Origin: Ignavibacteria bacterium
GTDB taxonomy: Bacteria; Bacteroidota; Ignavibacteria; SZUA-365
Reading direction: 5' to 3'
DNA length: 64,000 nt
Assembly (NCBI GenBank): GCA_016720835.1
Contig: JADKJW010000001.1
Location: 616,230-680,229, forward strand
Made by a program: the position numbers and the translations under genes. Below the pieces are notes generated by a model that was given only the letters and a program-made list of their open reading frames with translations, was not told where the DNA came from and did no database searches. Shown here piece by piece: positions 31,308-40,912 of the stretch; within the stretch, counting starts at the first letter, position 1, and every line of letters starts with the position of its first letter.

Positions 31308-32693
31308 ATGTCACTCAGTTGGCTCATCCTTCTCATCGCCGTCGTGGCGATCGCGGCGCTCGTCTTCTGGATGATGAAACAGTACCGCAAAGTGGGGTCG
31401 AATGAAGTGCTCGTCGTGTCGGGTCGCAAAAGCGTGATCATGACGCCGGACGGCAGCAAGCAGGAGATCGGGTACCGCTTCCGCATCGGCGGCAGCTCCT
31501 TCGTCAATCCCTTCACGGAGCAGGCCAGCGCCATGCCCATCGAAGTGGTGAGCCTCACCATCCGCACCCCGGAGGTGCTGTCGAAGGACGGCATCCCCAT
31601 CGTCGCGGAATCGTCGGCGCAGGTGAAGATCGACGCGAACGAATACTCGATCTTCCTCGCGACGCAGAACTTCCTCACGGGAGGATCCGACGCCGTGCGC
31701 GAAGTGGCGCAGACCGTGCTCGAAGGCAAGGTGCGCGAGACCGTCGGCAGCATGACGGTGACCGAACTCTACCAGAACCGCGCCGAGTTCGGCGAGCGCG
31801 TGTACAACGCCGTGGTGCGCGACCTCGCGAGCATGGGCCTCGTGATGCTCTCCTTCGCGCTCAAGGACATCAGCGACACGCAGGGCTACCTCGACGCCCT
31901 CTCGAAGCCGATGGTGGCCGCCGCCAAGCGCGATGCCATCATCAAGCAGGCCGAGTACGATCGCGACGCCGCCATCTACGCCTCGCAGGCCAAGAAGGAA
32001 GCCGACATCGCGAAACTCACCGCCGACGCCGAAGTGGCGGGCCGCAACTGGCGGAACGAGGAACTGAAGGCCAATTCGCAGATCAACGTCAGCAAGGTGC
32101 GCGCGCAGGCCGACGTGCAGTACGAACTCGAGCGCTTCCGCCTCGCCCAGGAAGTGAAGCAGGAAGAGTACAAGGTCAAGATCATCGAGACGCAGGAACA
32201 GGCCAAGGTGCAGGTCGAAGAGATCAAGCGCAAGGAAAAGGAACTCGAAGCCACCATCATCAAGCCGGCCGAGGCGCGCAGGCTGCAGATCCAGTCCGAA
32301 GCCGAAGCCGACAGCTTCCGCGTCGTCAAGGAAGCCGAGGCGCGCTCCACCGCCCGCGCGAAGGAAAACGCCAGCGACTCCGACCGCATCCGCCTGCTCG
32401 GCGCCTCCGAAGCCGACGCCATGAAGGAAAAGGCCAAGGCCTACGAGCAGTACAACCAGGCCGCGATGTACCAGATGATCGTCGACATCCTCCCCGAACT
32501 CACGAAGAACATCGCCGAACCGCTCTCGCGCATCGACAAGATCACCCTCATCGGCGGCTCGGACGGCAAGCTCGGCACCAGCCAGATCACCGGCCAGATC
32601 GCCGACGTGCTCGCCCAGGTGCCCGAAGTCGTGAAGTCCCTCACCGGCGTCGACATCGCGAAATACCTGCGCGACAAGATGGGCAGCGAGTGA
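31308..32693 (+). CDS. flotillin / SPFH (band 7) domain protein
   Basis: N-terminal TM helix, SPFH domain, and a long Ala/Glu/Lys-rich coiled-coil flotillin region. Start at MSLSWLIL. Confidence 0.8.
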   Translation: MSLSWLILLIAVVAIAALVFWMMKQYRKVGSNEVLVVSGRKSVIMTPDGSKQEIGYRFRIGGSSFVNPFTEQASAMPIEVVSLTIRTPEVLSKDGIPIVAESSAQVKIDANEYSIFLATQNFLTGGSDAVREVAQTVLEGKVRETVGSMTVTELYQNRAEFGERVYNAVVRDLASMGLVMLSFALKDISDTQGYLDALSKPMVAAAKRDAIIKQAEYDRDAAIYASQAKKEADIAKLTADAEVAGRNWRNEELKANSQINVSKVRAQADVQYELERFRLAQEVKQEEYKVKIIETQEQAKVQVEEIKRKEKELEATIIKPAEARRLQIQSEAEADSFRVVKEAEARSTARAKENASDSDRIRLLGASEADAMKEKAKAYEQYNQAAMYQMIVDILPELTKNIAEPLSRIDKITLIGGSDGKLGTSQITGQIADVLAQVPEVVKSLTGVDIAKYLRDKMGSE

Positions 32694-32878
32694 GGGGATC
32701 GTGAATCGTGAATGGTGAATCGTGATCTACAACCGACATCATCACCACTCACGACGACACATCACCTCGTTCGATTCGCAATCACCCTGACCGTTCGCGT
32801 TTTTCGACTCACGACTCACGACTCACGATTCACCATTCCCGGACCGCCTTTCGCGGCGACAACAGGAGACCATCGAAC

Positions 32879-35215
32879 GTGACAGCAGATAGAATCAACC
32901 TCATCGGCACCTCCCCGACGCTGAAGGTGGACGCGAAGGCCAAGGCGATGCGCGAGGACGGCATCGACGTGGTCAACCTCAGCGTCGGCGAACCGGACTT
33001 CCCGACGCCGAAGCACATCAGCGATGCCGGACGCAAGGCCATCGACGACAACTTCACGAAGTACACCGCCTCCGAAGGCATCCTCCCGCTGCGCCAGGCC
33101 ATCGCCCGGCAGCTCGTGGAGGAGCATCAGCTCACGTACGACGCGTCCGAGATCATCGTCTCCAACGGCGCCAAGCACTCGCTCTACAACGTGATGATGG
33201 CGCTCGTGAACAGCGGCGACGAAGTGATCGTCCCTGCGCCGTACTGGGTCTCGTACCCCGAGATGGTGAAGCTCGCCGACGGCCGCCCGATCTTCGTGCA
33301 GACGAAGGAGGAGAACGGCTTCCGCCTTACGCCCGAACAGCTCCGCGAAGTGATCGGCGCGCGCACGCGGGCCGTGATCCTCAACAATCCGTCGAATCCC
33401 ACCGGCGGCGGCTACACGCGCGAGGAACTCGAAGCCCTCGCCGAAGTGATCGTCGAGGAGGACATCTACTGCATCGCCGACGAGATCTACGGCAAGCTGA
33501 TGTACGACTCGCGCAAGTTCACGCGCTTCGCCGCACTCGGCGCCGAGGTGAAGAAACGCACCATCACCATCGACGGCGTGTCGAAGGCCTACGCCATGAC
33601 CGGCTGGCGCATCGGCTGGGCGGCCGGACCGAAGGACGTCATCGCCGCGATGTCGAAGGTGCAGAGCCACGCGACGTCCAACCCCAGCTCCATCTCGCAG
33701 CGCGCCGCGCTCGAGGCGTACAAGGGGCCGCAGTACGAAGTCGCGAAGATGGCCTCGGAGTTCGAGAAGCGCCGCAACTTCGTCGTGTACAAACTGCAGG
33801 CCATGCCGGGCGTGTCCTGCCCCATGCCGCGCGGCGCCTTCTACGCCTTCCCGAACGTGTCGTCCTACTACGAGAAGGAATTCGACGGCGTGCCGATACG
33901 CAACAGCTACGGCATGGCCTACTACCTGCTGAAGCACGCGCACGTGGCCATCATCGCGGGCGAGGCCTTCGGGTCCGACGACTTCATCCGCATCAGCTAC
34001 GCCACCGGCATGCAGAATCTCGAGAAGGGCATGCAGCGCATCGCGGACGCCCTCGCCAAGCTGAAACCCGCGCCAAAACGCAAGCTCATCCGCCTCGCCA
34101 ATACCGAAACCGTGGTCAAACACGCCGCGCCCGTCGACGCCGAGGTCACGCCCGAACGGCGCGACGCCCTGGTGGCCGAGGCCGAGGCGCATCTGCACTA
34201 CAGCGCCTACCACGAGTGGAACGCCAACATCAACGGCATGATCGTGCAGCTCCGCACGAACATCGGACACCTGTACGACTTCTGGATGGAGAACTGGTAC
34301 CCCGCGCAGCTCGAGTCCGATATCGAACCGCACGGCATCATCTACGCGGTGGACGGCGTCACCGGACGCGAGCCGCACGCGTTCTACAACAGCGACACCA
34401 AGACGGGCGTGCTCTTCAACAGCGACCATTACGGCTCGCTGCGCTCCCTCGCCCTCGGCCTCACCACCGACGTGGCCGACCGCCTCTTCGACGTGCACGG
34501 CGTGCGCTGCATGTCGCTCGACATCAACGGGTCGGGCGCGCTCTTCATCGGCCCCTCGGGCACGAAGAAGACCGACCTGTTCTGGCGCCTCCTCGAGGAG
34601 GAACCCGCCGCGTCGCTGCACTCCACCGACTACGTGTTCCTCCGCCACGGCGGCGGCATCGCGGCGGCCGACAATCCCGAGCGCAAGCTCTACATCCCCA
34701 CCAACGCCGTCAGCGTGCACGAACCGCTCGCGCGCCTCTTCGACAAGTGCAAGTGCGAGAACGTGACGATGAAGGTGGAGGAGTGCCGCAACGAGACGCA
34801 CAAGATCACGGACTCCTGTCCCCTCAACAGCGGCGCGCCGTACAGCTACGACTGCGCGAAGAAGAGCCACGCGATGCTCGATCCCTACTGGATCGGCGGC
34901 ATGGCGCGGCACGTGAAGCGCATCGACGTGCGCCACGTCTTCATCATGCGCAACGACCCCGTCACCACCGCCGCGCAGCGCCTCGACGCCGAGGACGCCA
35001 TGCACGTGATCGAGAACGGCTATCCCGCCGGACTGCAGGGCGGCAAGCAGGAGGCCTTCTACAACGGGCACCTGCTCCTGAAATCTTCCGAACGCACAGA
35101 GCGCCAGAAACGCTCCTTCGCCAAACTCTTCGCGGCCGCCGAAGTCTGGCAGCTCAATGCCGGCACGGCGACGGTGACGGACATGGTGAAGAAGGTGCTG
35201 GAAGTGGTTCGGTGA
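32879..35215 (+). CDS. fusion protein: class-I aspartate/aromatic aminotransferase (N-terminal about 400 aa) plus a divergent PEP-carboxykinase-like P-loop domain (C-terminal about 380 aa)
   Basis: N-terminus has LSVGEPDFPTP, NPSNPTGG and the PLP-Lys motif SKAYAMTGWRIGW. The C-terminal region aligns by eye to the ATP-PEPCK core (…HGVRCMSLDINGSGALFIGPSGTKKT… vs [26 protein letters not shown]; …ENVTMK vs ENVTVR). Confidence 0.65.
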   Translation: MTADRINLIGTSPTLKVDAKAKAMREDGIDVVNLSVGEPDFPTPKHISDAGRKAIDDNFTKYTASEGILPLRQAIARQLVEEHQLTYDASEIIVSNGAKHSLYNVMMALVNSGDEVIVPAPYWVSYPEMVKLADGRPIFVQTKEENGFRLTPEQLREVIGARTRAVILNNPSNPTGGGYTREELEALAEVIVEEDIYCIADEIYGKLMYDSRKFTRFAALGAEVKKRTITIDGVSKAYAMTGWRIGWAAGPKDVIAAMSKVQSHATSNPSSISQRAALEAYKGPQYEVAKMASEFEKRRNFVVYKLQAMPGVSCPMPRGAFYAFPNVSSYYEKEFDGVPIRNSYGMAYYLLKHAHVAIIAGEAFGSDDFIRISYATGMQNLEKGMQRIADALAKLKPAPKRKLIRLANTETVVKHAAPVDAEVTPERRDALVAEAEAHLHYSAYHEWNANINGMIVQLRTNIGHLYDFWMENWYPAQLESDIEPHGIIYAVDGVTGREPHAFYNSDTKTGVLFNSDHYGSLRSLALGLTTDVADRLFDVHGVRCMSLDINGSGALFIGPSGTKKTDLFWRLLEEEPAASLHSTDYVFLRHGGGIAAADNPERKLYIPTNAVSVHEPLARLFDKCKCENVTMKVEECRNETHKITDSCPLNSGAPYSYDCAKKSHAMLDPYWIGGMARHVKRIDVRHVFIMRNDPVTTAAQRLDAEDAMHVIENGYPAGLQGGKQEAFYNGHLLLKSSERTERQKRSFAKLFAAAEVWQLNAGTATVTDMVKKVLEVVR

Positions 35216-35300
35216 TTCGTGAATCGTGAATGGTGAATCGTGAATCGTGGAAGGTGAATCGTGAATCGTGGAAGGTGGAAGGTGACAGGTGGAAGGTGAA
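35216..35300. repeat. simple repeats (gtgaatcgtgaat / ggtggaaggtga units)
   Basis: Directly visible low-complexity tandem units immediately after the fusion gene. Confidence 0.8.
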
Positions 35301-35323
35301 ATACGGATGCCGCAGGCGCCGTC

Positions 35324-35602
35324 ATGAAGGAAACCATCAGTAAAACAGACTCTTCAATCCGAAATTCGAAATTCATTGATGCTCGCCGAAATGCGCCCTC
35401 AGTTTGGGGGGGATTTGTAGGCTGGGCGAGATCGCAAGGTGCGATACGCATGAAAATGATCGCCCTTCGGAATCTCGCCATCCACGAGTACTTTGGGGTC
35501 GACCCGGAAATTCTCTGGACAATCATTACTCGCGATCTTCCTCAGACGAAGGAGAAAATCAAGCAGCTGATCGACACTGACCTGTCGCCGTTGGACAGCT
35601 GA
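35324..35602 (+). pseudogene. HepT-like (DUF86) toxin remnant, N-terminally truncated, no adjacent MntA partner
   Basis: 92-aa ORF containing the DUF86 Rx4HxY motif (RNLAIHEYFGVD…W…DLP). It lacks about 50 N-terminal residues of typical HepT. Simple repeats lie immediately upstream. Confidence 0.5.
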
Positions 35603-35713
35603 GTCATACACAGCGTCGCGAGGTGAGAATCCGCGACCAAATTCAGCACCTCTTGCTTCTTTCAATCCGAAATCGACAATCCGAAATTCGAAATCAATAA
35701 TCCGTAACTCCCC

Positions 35714-37564
35714 ATGGCTAAAGACAACTTCGACGTCCCCTACTACGACACATTCACCGCCGAGCTGCAGGACGCGCTCAAGGGTCCGAACATCAAGGAA
35801 GTGGACCTGAAGTGGCTGCGGCCGCGCGCGGAGAGTTTCGCGCAGCAGACGAAGCACGGCTCGCACGTGTGGCATTCCATCCAGAGCTCGCGCCTGGCCG
35901 CGAAGACGGTGTACCTCGGCACGGAGAAGATCCGCCTGCCCATCACCTCGCCCGATCAGGACAAGCTGATCAAGGGCGCGCCGGACGAGCTCAAGAAGGT
36001 GCTGAACTGGATGAAGACGCTGCCCTTCGTGAAGCTCACGCGGCAGATGGGCGACAACGCCGAGTTCAACCCCACCTGCACCATCTACACCTGCGTGAAG
36101 GACCCGAAGAACGTGCGCCTGCCTTACATGTGGGGCAACCTGCTCTTCGATCCGGCGAAGCGTCCGGGACCGAACATCACGATGATCCACATCCCCGAGG
36201 AGCACACCACCCGGCAGCAGATCCTCACCATGCCGGAGTACAACCTCAACATCTGCCTCGGCTCCGACTACCTCGGCGAGGAGAAGAAGGGCTTCCTGCG
36301 CCAGGCCATGTGGCTTGCGGACGAAAAGGGCATGCTCGGACTGCACGCGGGCACCAAGGTGGTGATCGCGCGCGACGCCCGCACCAACGAACTCAAGAAG
36401 TACGGCGTCATCCTCTTCGGCATGACCGCCACGGGCAAGTCCACCTGGAGCTGCCACCAGCTCATGATGGACAACAAGCGCGGCGAGATGACCTACGTGT
36501 CGCAGGACGACATCTGCTTCCTGAAGGACGACGGCTCGGCCTACGGCAGCGAGGCGAACTACTACGTGAAGACCGACGTGGTGAAGGACCAGCAGGAGGC
36601 CATGTGGCACGCGCTGGTGGACAAGAGCGCGCTGCTCGAGAACGTGATGGTGACGGCCGACGGCACCATCGAGTGGCTGGACGAGAGCATGTGCGGCAAC
36701 GGCCGCGCCGTGGTGCGCAAGGACAAGCTCGCCGTGGAGCGCGACGGCAAGCTGCTGCCGATCATGGCCAAGACCATCAACCTGCCCTCGCTCGACGAGA
36801 TGGACGGGCTGATCTTCGCCTTCATCACGCGCCGCAACACCATCATGCCCTTCTCGCAGCAGCTCACGCCCGAGCAGGGCGCGCTCGCGTACCTGTTCGG
36901 CGAGTCCACGCTCAGCTTCGCCGCCAATCCGCTCAAGGCGGGCGAGTCCGTGCGCATCGTCGGCACCGACGACTTCATCGTGGGCAGCCGCGCGCGCAAG
37001 GTGAACCGCTTCTACGACATCGCGATGAAGCTCAACGCGAAGTACCCGGGCAAGGTGCGCTTCATGATCTACAACACGGGCGGCATGGGCGAGATCATCG
37101 AGACGCACGAAGAGAACGGCAAGACCGTGAAGAAGATGGTGCGCAAGACCGACCGCGTGCCGCTGGACCTGATGGCCGCAATCCAGCGCGGCGACCTGCG
37201 CGGCACCAACAAGTACGAGAAGGGCGTGCTCGGCACCATGTCCATCCAGGAGGCCGACGGCCGCACCATGCCCGAGTGGGACGTGCATCACCTCTACTCG
37301 CAGGAGCAGATCGACGCCTACGTGAAGGAAATCATCGCCGGCCGCCGCGCCTTCCTCGAGGAAGTGTCGCGCGAGGGCCTGCGCCCCGAGATCATCGCCG
37401 CCGCAGAGCGCGGCTTCCGTTCCATGGGCGAGCGCCGCTTCACCCCCGCCACCGTGCCCGTGGGCATGTCCTTCGCGCCCTCCGCTCCCGATCCGCGCAT
37501 CATCGTGAAAAACGACGAGCCGGTGGCACGGCCGAAGAAGCCGGGGGTGTGGCGCTGGCGCTGA
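35714..37564 (+). CDS. pckA: phosphoenolpyruvate carboxykinase (ATP)-like
   Basis: EEKKGF…GLHAGT…ILFGMTATGKST…QDDICFLKDDGS…NYY aligns to the E. coli PckA GEMKKG…MHCSAN…[11 protein letters not shown]…GDDEHGWDDDG…CYAK block. Kinase-2-like FMIYNTGGMGE matches LVNTGWNG. At 616 aa it is longer than canonical PckA (540 aa). Confidence 0.7.
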   Translation: MAKDNFDVPYYDTFTAELQDALKGPNIKEVDLKWLRPRAESFAQQTKHGSHVWHSIQSSRLAAKTVYLGTEKIRLPITSPDQDKLIKGAPDELKKVLNWMKTLPFVKLTRQMGDNAEFNPTCTIYTCVKDPKNVRLPYMWGNLLFDPAKRPGPNITMIHIPEEHTTRQQILTMPEYNLNICLGSDYLGEEKKGFLRQAMWLADEKGMLGLHAGTKVVIARDARTNELKKYGVILFGMTATGKSTWSCHQLMMDNKRGEMTYVSQDDICFLKDDGSAYGSEANYYVKTDVVKDQQEAMWHALVDKSALLENVMVTADGTIEWLDESMCGNGRAVVRKDKLAVERDGKLLPIMAKTINLPSLDEMDGLIFAFITRRNTIMPFSQQLTPEQGALAYLFGESTLSFAANPLKAGESVRIVGTDDFIVGSRARKVNRFYDIAMKLNAKYPGKVRFMIYNTGGMGEIIETHEENGKTVKKMVRKTDRVPLDLMAAIQRGDLRGTNKYEKGVLGTMSIQEADGRTMPEWDVHHLYSQEQIDAYVKEIIAGRRAFLEEVSREGLRPEIIAAAERGFRSMGERRFTPATVPVGMSFAPSAPDPRIIVKNDEPVARPKKPGVWRWR

Positions 37565-37643
37565 ACGTGGATTCGTTGGTATACTGAAGGCGCGAGAATC
37601 ACCCTTCGCGCCTTCTCTATTTCCACCATCGAGTACTGATGCC

Positions 37644-38180
37644 ATGACCACCTGCATCGCTCTCCTCCGCGGCATCAATGTCGGAGGAAAACATTCCCTG
37701 CCGATGAAGACGCTCGCCGCCATACTCGAAGACCTCGGCGCGAAGAGCGTCAGGACATACATTCAGAGCGGCAACGCGGTGTTTCACTTCGCGGAGAAGA
37801 ACACGTCGAAGCTTGCCAAGCTCCTGGCGGAAGAAATCCACAAGCGGCAGGGCTTCGAGCCCGCGGTGCTCATCCTGACGCGCGAGGCGCTCGTGAAGGC
37901 GATGGCCGCGAATCCCTTCCCCGAAGCGGAGGCCGATGCGACCGGCCTGCACCTGGGTTTTCTCGCCTCCGTGCCGAAGTCCCCGAACCTGGAGAAGCTC
38001 GAGAGTCTGCGCGGCGCGAGCGAGCGCTTTCAACTTCTCGGCAGCGTGTTCTATCTCCACGCACCCGACGGCGTGGGCAGATCCAAGCTCGCCGCGGCGT
38101 CCGAGAAGCTCCTCGGCGTGCCGATGACGGACCGGAACTGGAGAACGGTGTACGCGCTGCGGGATATGGCAGTGGAATGA
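37644..38180 (+). CDS. DUF1697 family protein
   Basis: N-terminal ALLRGINVGGK signature of DUF1697. Confidence 0.6.
   Translation: MTTCIALLRGINVGGKHSLPMKTLAAILEDLGAKSVRTYIQSGNAVFHFAEKNTSKLAKLLAEEIHKRQGFEPAVLILTREALVKAMAANPFPEAEADATGLHLGFLASVPKSPNLEKLESLRGASERFQLLGSVFYLHAPDGVGRSKLAAASEKLLGVPMTDRNWRTVYALRDMAVE
38064..38170. repeat. direct repeat copy A (3' end of the DUF1697 gene)
   Basis: About 90% identical to 38908-39013. The two copies flank the DUF4160/DUF2442 cassette. Confidence 0.8.
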
Positions 38181-38381
38181 TGGCGCATCCTGATCGATTC
38201 CGCAGCCCGCGACGATGCATCGATGGGCAGGGTCGTCGCGTCTCAGGTGTTCCACGTTCCGATCGGAAAATCCATGAATGGAGATCAGTGATGTTCTTCC
38301 TTGCATTCCGCTCGTGGCGGTGATAGTTTCGATGCAGAGCGCTGACCAGAAGACCACCATTGTAGAACCCGGGAACTGCGC

Positions 38382-38648
38382 ATGCCCACCATCTCCATGT
38401 TTTTTGGCATCATTATCCGGATGTACTATTCGCCAGGCGAACATCCCCCTGCGCATTTCCATGCCTACTACGGTGAATTCAAGGCGACCGTTGATATCGC
38501 CACGTGTGAGATCCTGCAGGGAGACCTTCCGGGCAGGCAAACCAAGCTCGTGCTGGCTTGGGCGGAGTTGCACAAGGAAGAATTGATGGCAGACTGGTCG
38601 CTGATGGGTCGAGGCGAGGAACCGTTTAAAATCCAGCCGTTGCAGTAG
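38382..38648 (+). CDS. DUF4160 domain protein
   Basis: N-terminal ISMFFGIIIRMYxxxxEHxPxHFHAxYGE signature. Confidence 0.6.
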   Translation: MPTISMFFGIIIRMYYSPGEHPPAHFHAYYGEFKATVDIATCEILQGDLPGRQTKLVLAWAELHKEELMADWSLMGRGEEPFKIQPLQ

Positions 38649-38659
38649 GAGACAGTGAG

Positions 38660-38905
38660 ATGCCCCCTGCAGTGACGAGTGTCGTGGCAAGAGACGATTT
38701 CACACTTCATGTGGTTTTCGAAAACGGCGAGAGTGGTGTCCTCGACATGAAGCCGTATCTGGATTTCGGCGTGTTCCGCAGCATCGGTACCCTTGCGGCA
38801 TTCAAATCCGTGCGTGTGGCCTTCGATACCGTCGAATGGGGTAATGGTATCGATCTGGATCCGGAATTTGTGCACACCGCCTGTGTACTGCATCCCAAAC
38901 ACTGA
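38660..38905 (+). CDS. DUF2442 domain protein
   Basis: 81 aa, typical DUF2442 size/pattern (…LxVxFxNGExxxxDxxPYL…). Consistently paired with DUF4160. Confidence 0.55.
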   Translation: MPPAVTSVVARDDFTLHVVFENGESGVLDMKPYLDFGVFRSIGTLAAFKSVRVAFDTVEWGNGIDLDPEFVHTACVLHPKH

Positions 38906-38907
38906 AG

Positions 38908-39013
38908 CCGCCGGACGGCGTGGGCAGGTCCAGGCTCGCCGCGGCATCGGAGAAGCTGCCCGGCGTGCCTATGACGGACCGGAACTGGAGAACGGTGTGC
39001 GCGCTCAGGGACA
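38908..39013. repeat. direct repeat copy B (duplicated DUF1697 3' end)
   Basis: Pairs with 38064-38170. Retains an in-frame …DRNWRTVCALRDM… reading. Confidence 0.8.
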
Positions 39014-39081
39014 TGACCGACAGCCGATGACAATCTTTCCCCATCTGCGTCATCTGCGTCATCTGCGGATACATCTGCGGA

Positions 39082-39546
39082 ATGAAGACCAACGCCATCC
39101 GCATCCTTGAATCGCTGCGCATCGCGCACGAAGCCATCGAGTACGAAGTCTCGGAAGACGAGATCGACGCGATGTCCGTCGCGCGCAAGATCGGCGCGGA
39201 TCCCGACTGCGTGTTCAAGACCCTCGTGGCGCGCGGGGACAGGACGGGCGTTTGCGTGTTCGTGATTCCGGGTCCCGCCGAGCTGCACCTGAAGAAGGCC
39301 GCGGCGGCGAGCGGCAACAAGGCCGTGGAGATGATACACCTGAAGGAGCTGCTCCCGCTCACCGGCTACATCCGCGGCGGCTGCTCTCCTGTCGGCATGA
39401 AGAAGCAGTACCCCACCTTCATCGACGAGACCGCGCAGCTCTTCGACGCGATACACGTCTCGGCCGGCGTGCGCGGCATGCAGGTGCGGCTGTCGCCGGG
39501 GGAACTTCTCGGGGCGGTCGGTGGGGTATATGCGGAATTGATTTGA
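39082..39546 (+). CDS. ybaK: Cys-tRNA(Pro)/Cys-tRNA(Cys) deacylase YbaK
   Basis: 154 aa. YbaK/EbsC pattern (…VFKTLVxxGDxxGxxVxVIPG…LxLKKAA…SG…). Confidence 0.7.
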   Translation: MKTNAIRILESLRIAHEAIEYEVSEDEIDAMSVARKIGADPDCVFKTLVARGDRTGVCVFVIPGPAELHLKKAAAASGNKAVEMIHLKELLPLTGYIRGGCSPVGMKKQYPTFIDETAQLFDAIHVSAGVRGMQVRLSPGELLGAVGGVYAELI

Positions 39547-39805
39547 AAGCGGAGACTGGGGACTCGGGACTGGGGACTGGGGAGAAAAAGGAGTGATGGA
39601 GTGGTGGAGTGGATTCTTCACCCGCTCATGGAATTTTCCACGGCGCTCGCAGGCTGAACGGCCAGATCCATCCCTTCGGCTTCGCTCAGGGCAAGCTTCT
39701 GCGCATCAGGATGACCGGCCCTTTTCCATTGTGCTCTGCCTTTCACCTCTCACCCTTCACCCTGCACCATTCACCCTTCTTCCTTCATAATTCATCCTTC
39801 AACAT

Positions 39806-40237
39806 TCACCCTTCCACAGAGAGCAGCTCGATCTCGAAGGTCAGCGCCTTGCCGGCGAGGGGGTGATTCGCGTCGAGGGTGACGTGTGTCGGGGAGAGTT
39901 CGGTGACGCGGACGGGGACGCTGCTGCCGTCGTCCTGGTGTATGGTGAGTTCCATGCCGATCTCGGGCACGATCTCGGGCGGAATGTCGCTGCGTTTCGC
40001 GCGGAGCACGTACTGCTCGCTGTACTCGCCGTAGGCCTGTGCTGCGGGGATGGTGACGGTGACCGTCCCGCCGACCTCGAGGCCCATGACGGCCGCATCA
40101 AAGCCTGGGATGACCTCGCCCTTGCCGAGCGTGAACGCGAACGGCGCGCCGCCGCGCGAGGAATCGAAGACGGAGCCGTCATCGAGCGAGCCGGTGTAAT
40201 GCACGCTGACGCGATGTCCTTTGGATGCTGCTGCCAC
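39806..40237 (-). CDS. FKBP-type peptidyl-prolyl cis-trans isomerase
   Basis: VSVHYTGSLDDGSVFDSS…GxxEVIPGFDAAVxGLEVG pattern of the FKBP fold. Confidence 0.7.
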   Translation of the reverse strand: MAAASKGHRVSVHYTGSLDDGSVFDSSRGGAPFAFTLGKGEVIPGFDAAVMGLEVGGTVTVTIPAAQAYGEYSEQYVLRAKRSDIPPEIVPEIGMELTIHQDDGSSVPVRVTELSPTHVTLDANHPLAGKALTFEIELLSVEG

Positions 40238-40342
40238 GAATCACCACATGTTGCTGAAAAAGAACGCAACCTACGGCGGGAAGTAAAAAAATACAAGAGG
40301 AAGAGTGTCCACGAAATACTCGAAACACACGAAACAGGGGTT

Positions 40343-40744
40343 TTATTTATTGCGGGGACGGGACGGGTCGATGACGAAGCGTTCGTATTCGAGGCCGGGG
40401 TAATGTCCAAAGTTGAGCAGGAGCCCCAGGCGACACCGCGACGCATGGAGAGCATTGAGTACCTGCGCGCGGTGATCCGACGCCAGTTTGGACAGCGCTT
40501 TCAACTCCACCAGGATCGTGTCGTAGCACAGGAAATCCGTGCGATACCCGACTTCGAGCACGTGATCGTGATACCTGATTTCGAGCCGCACTTCCCGTTC
40601 GAAGGGTATGCCCCGTTCGGTGAATTCGATCGCGAGGCATTGCTGATACACCGCCTCGTAGAACCCGCAGCCCATCTCGGCATACACCGCGAACGCCGCG
40701 CCCATGATCGCGTAGCTCTCTTCCTTGAAAACAATCTCGCCCAT
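40343..40744 (-). CDS. GxxExxY family protein (PD-(D/E)XK-like)
   Basis: Contains the MGCGFYEAVYQ motif and YRTDFLCYDTILVELKA core typical of the family. Confidence 0.65.
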   Translation of the reverse strand: MGEIVFKEESYAIMGAAFAVYAEMGCGFYEAVYQQCLAIEFTERGIPFEREVRLEIRYHDHVLEVGYRTDFLCYDTILVELKALSKLASDHRAQVLNALHASRCRLGLLLNFGHYPGLEYERFVIDPSRPRNK

Positions 40745-40912
40745 CTACGCCCTCCACTCTCCTTCTTCCTAATAAAAATCCATGTTTCGTGTGTTTCGAG
40801 TCTTTCGTGGACATCTTTTTTAACTCCGGAGCCGGGAAAATGTTCCCGCGTTTGTCGCAAGCAGGGGCGCGGTGTATTTTCGGGCTCGCAGGTTTCATCA
40901 CATTTCACGGAC

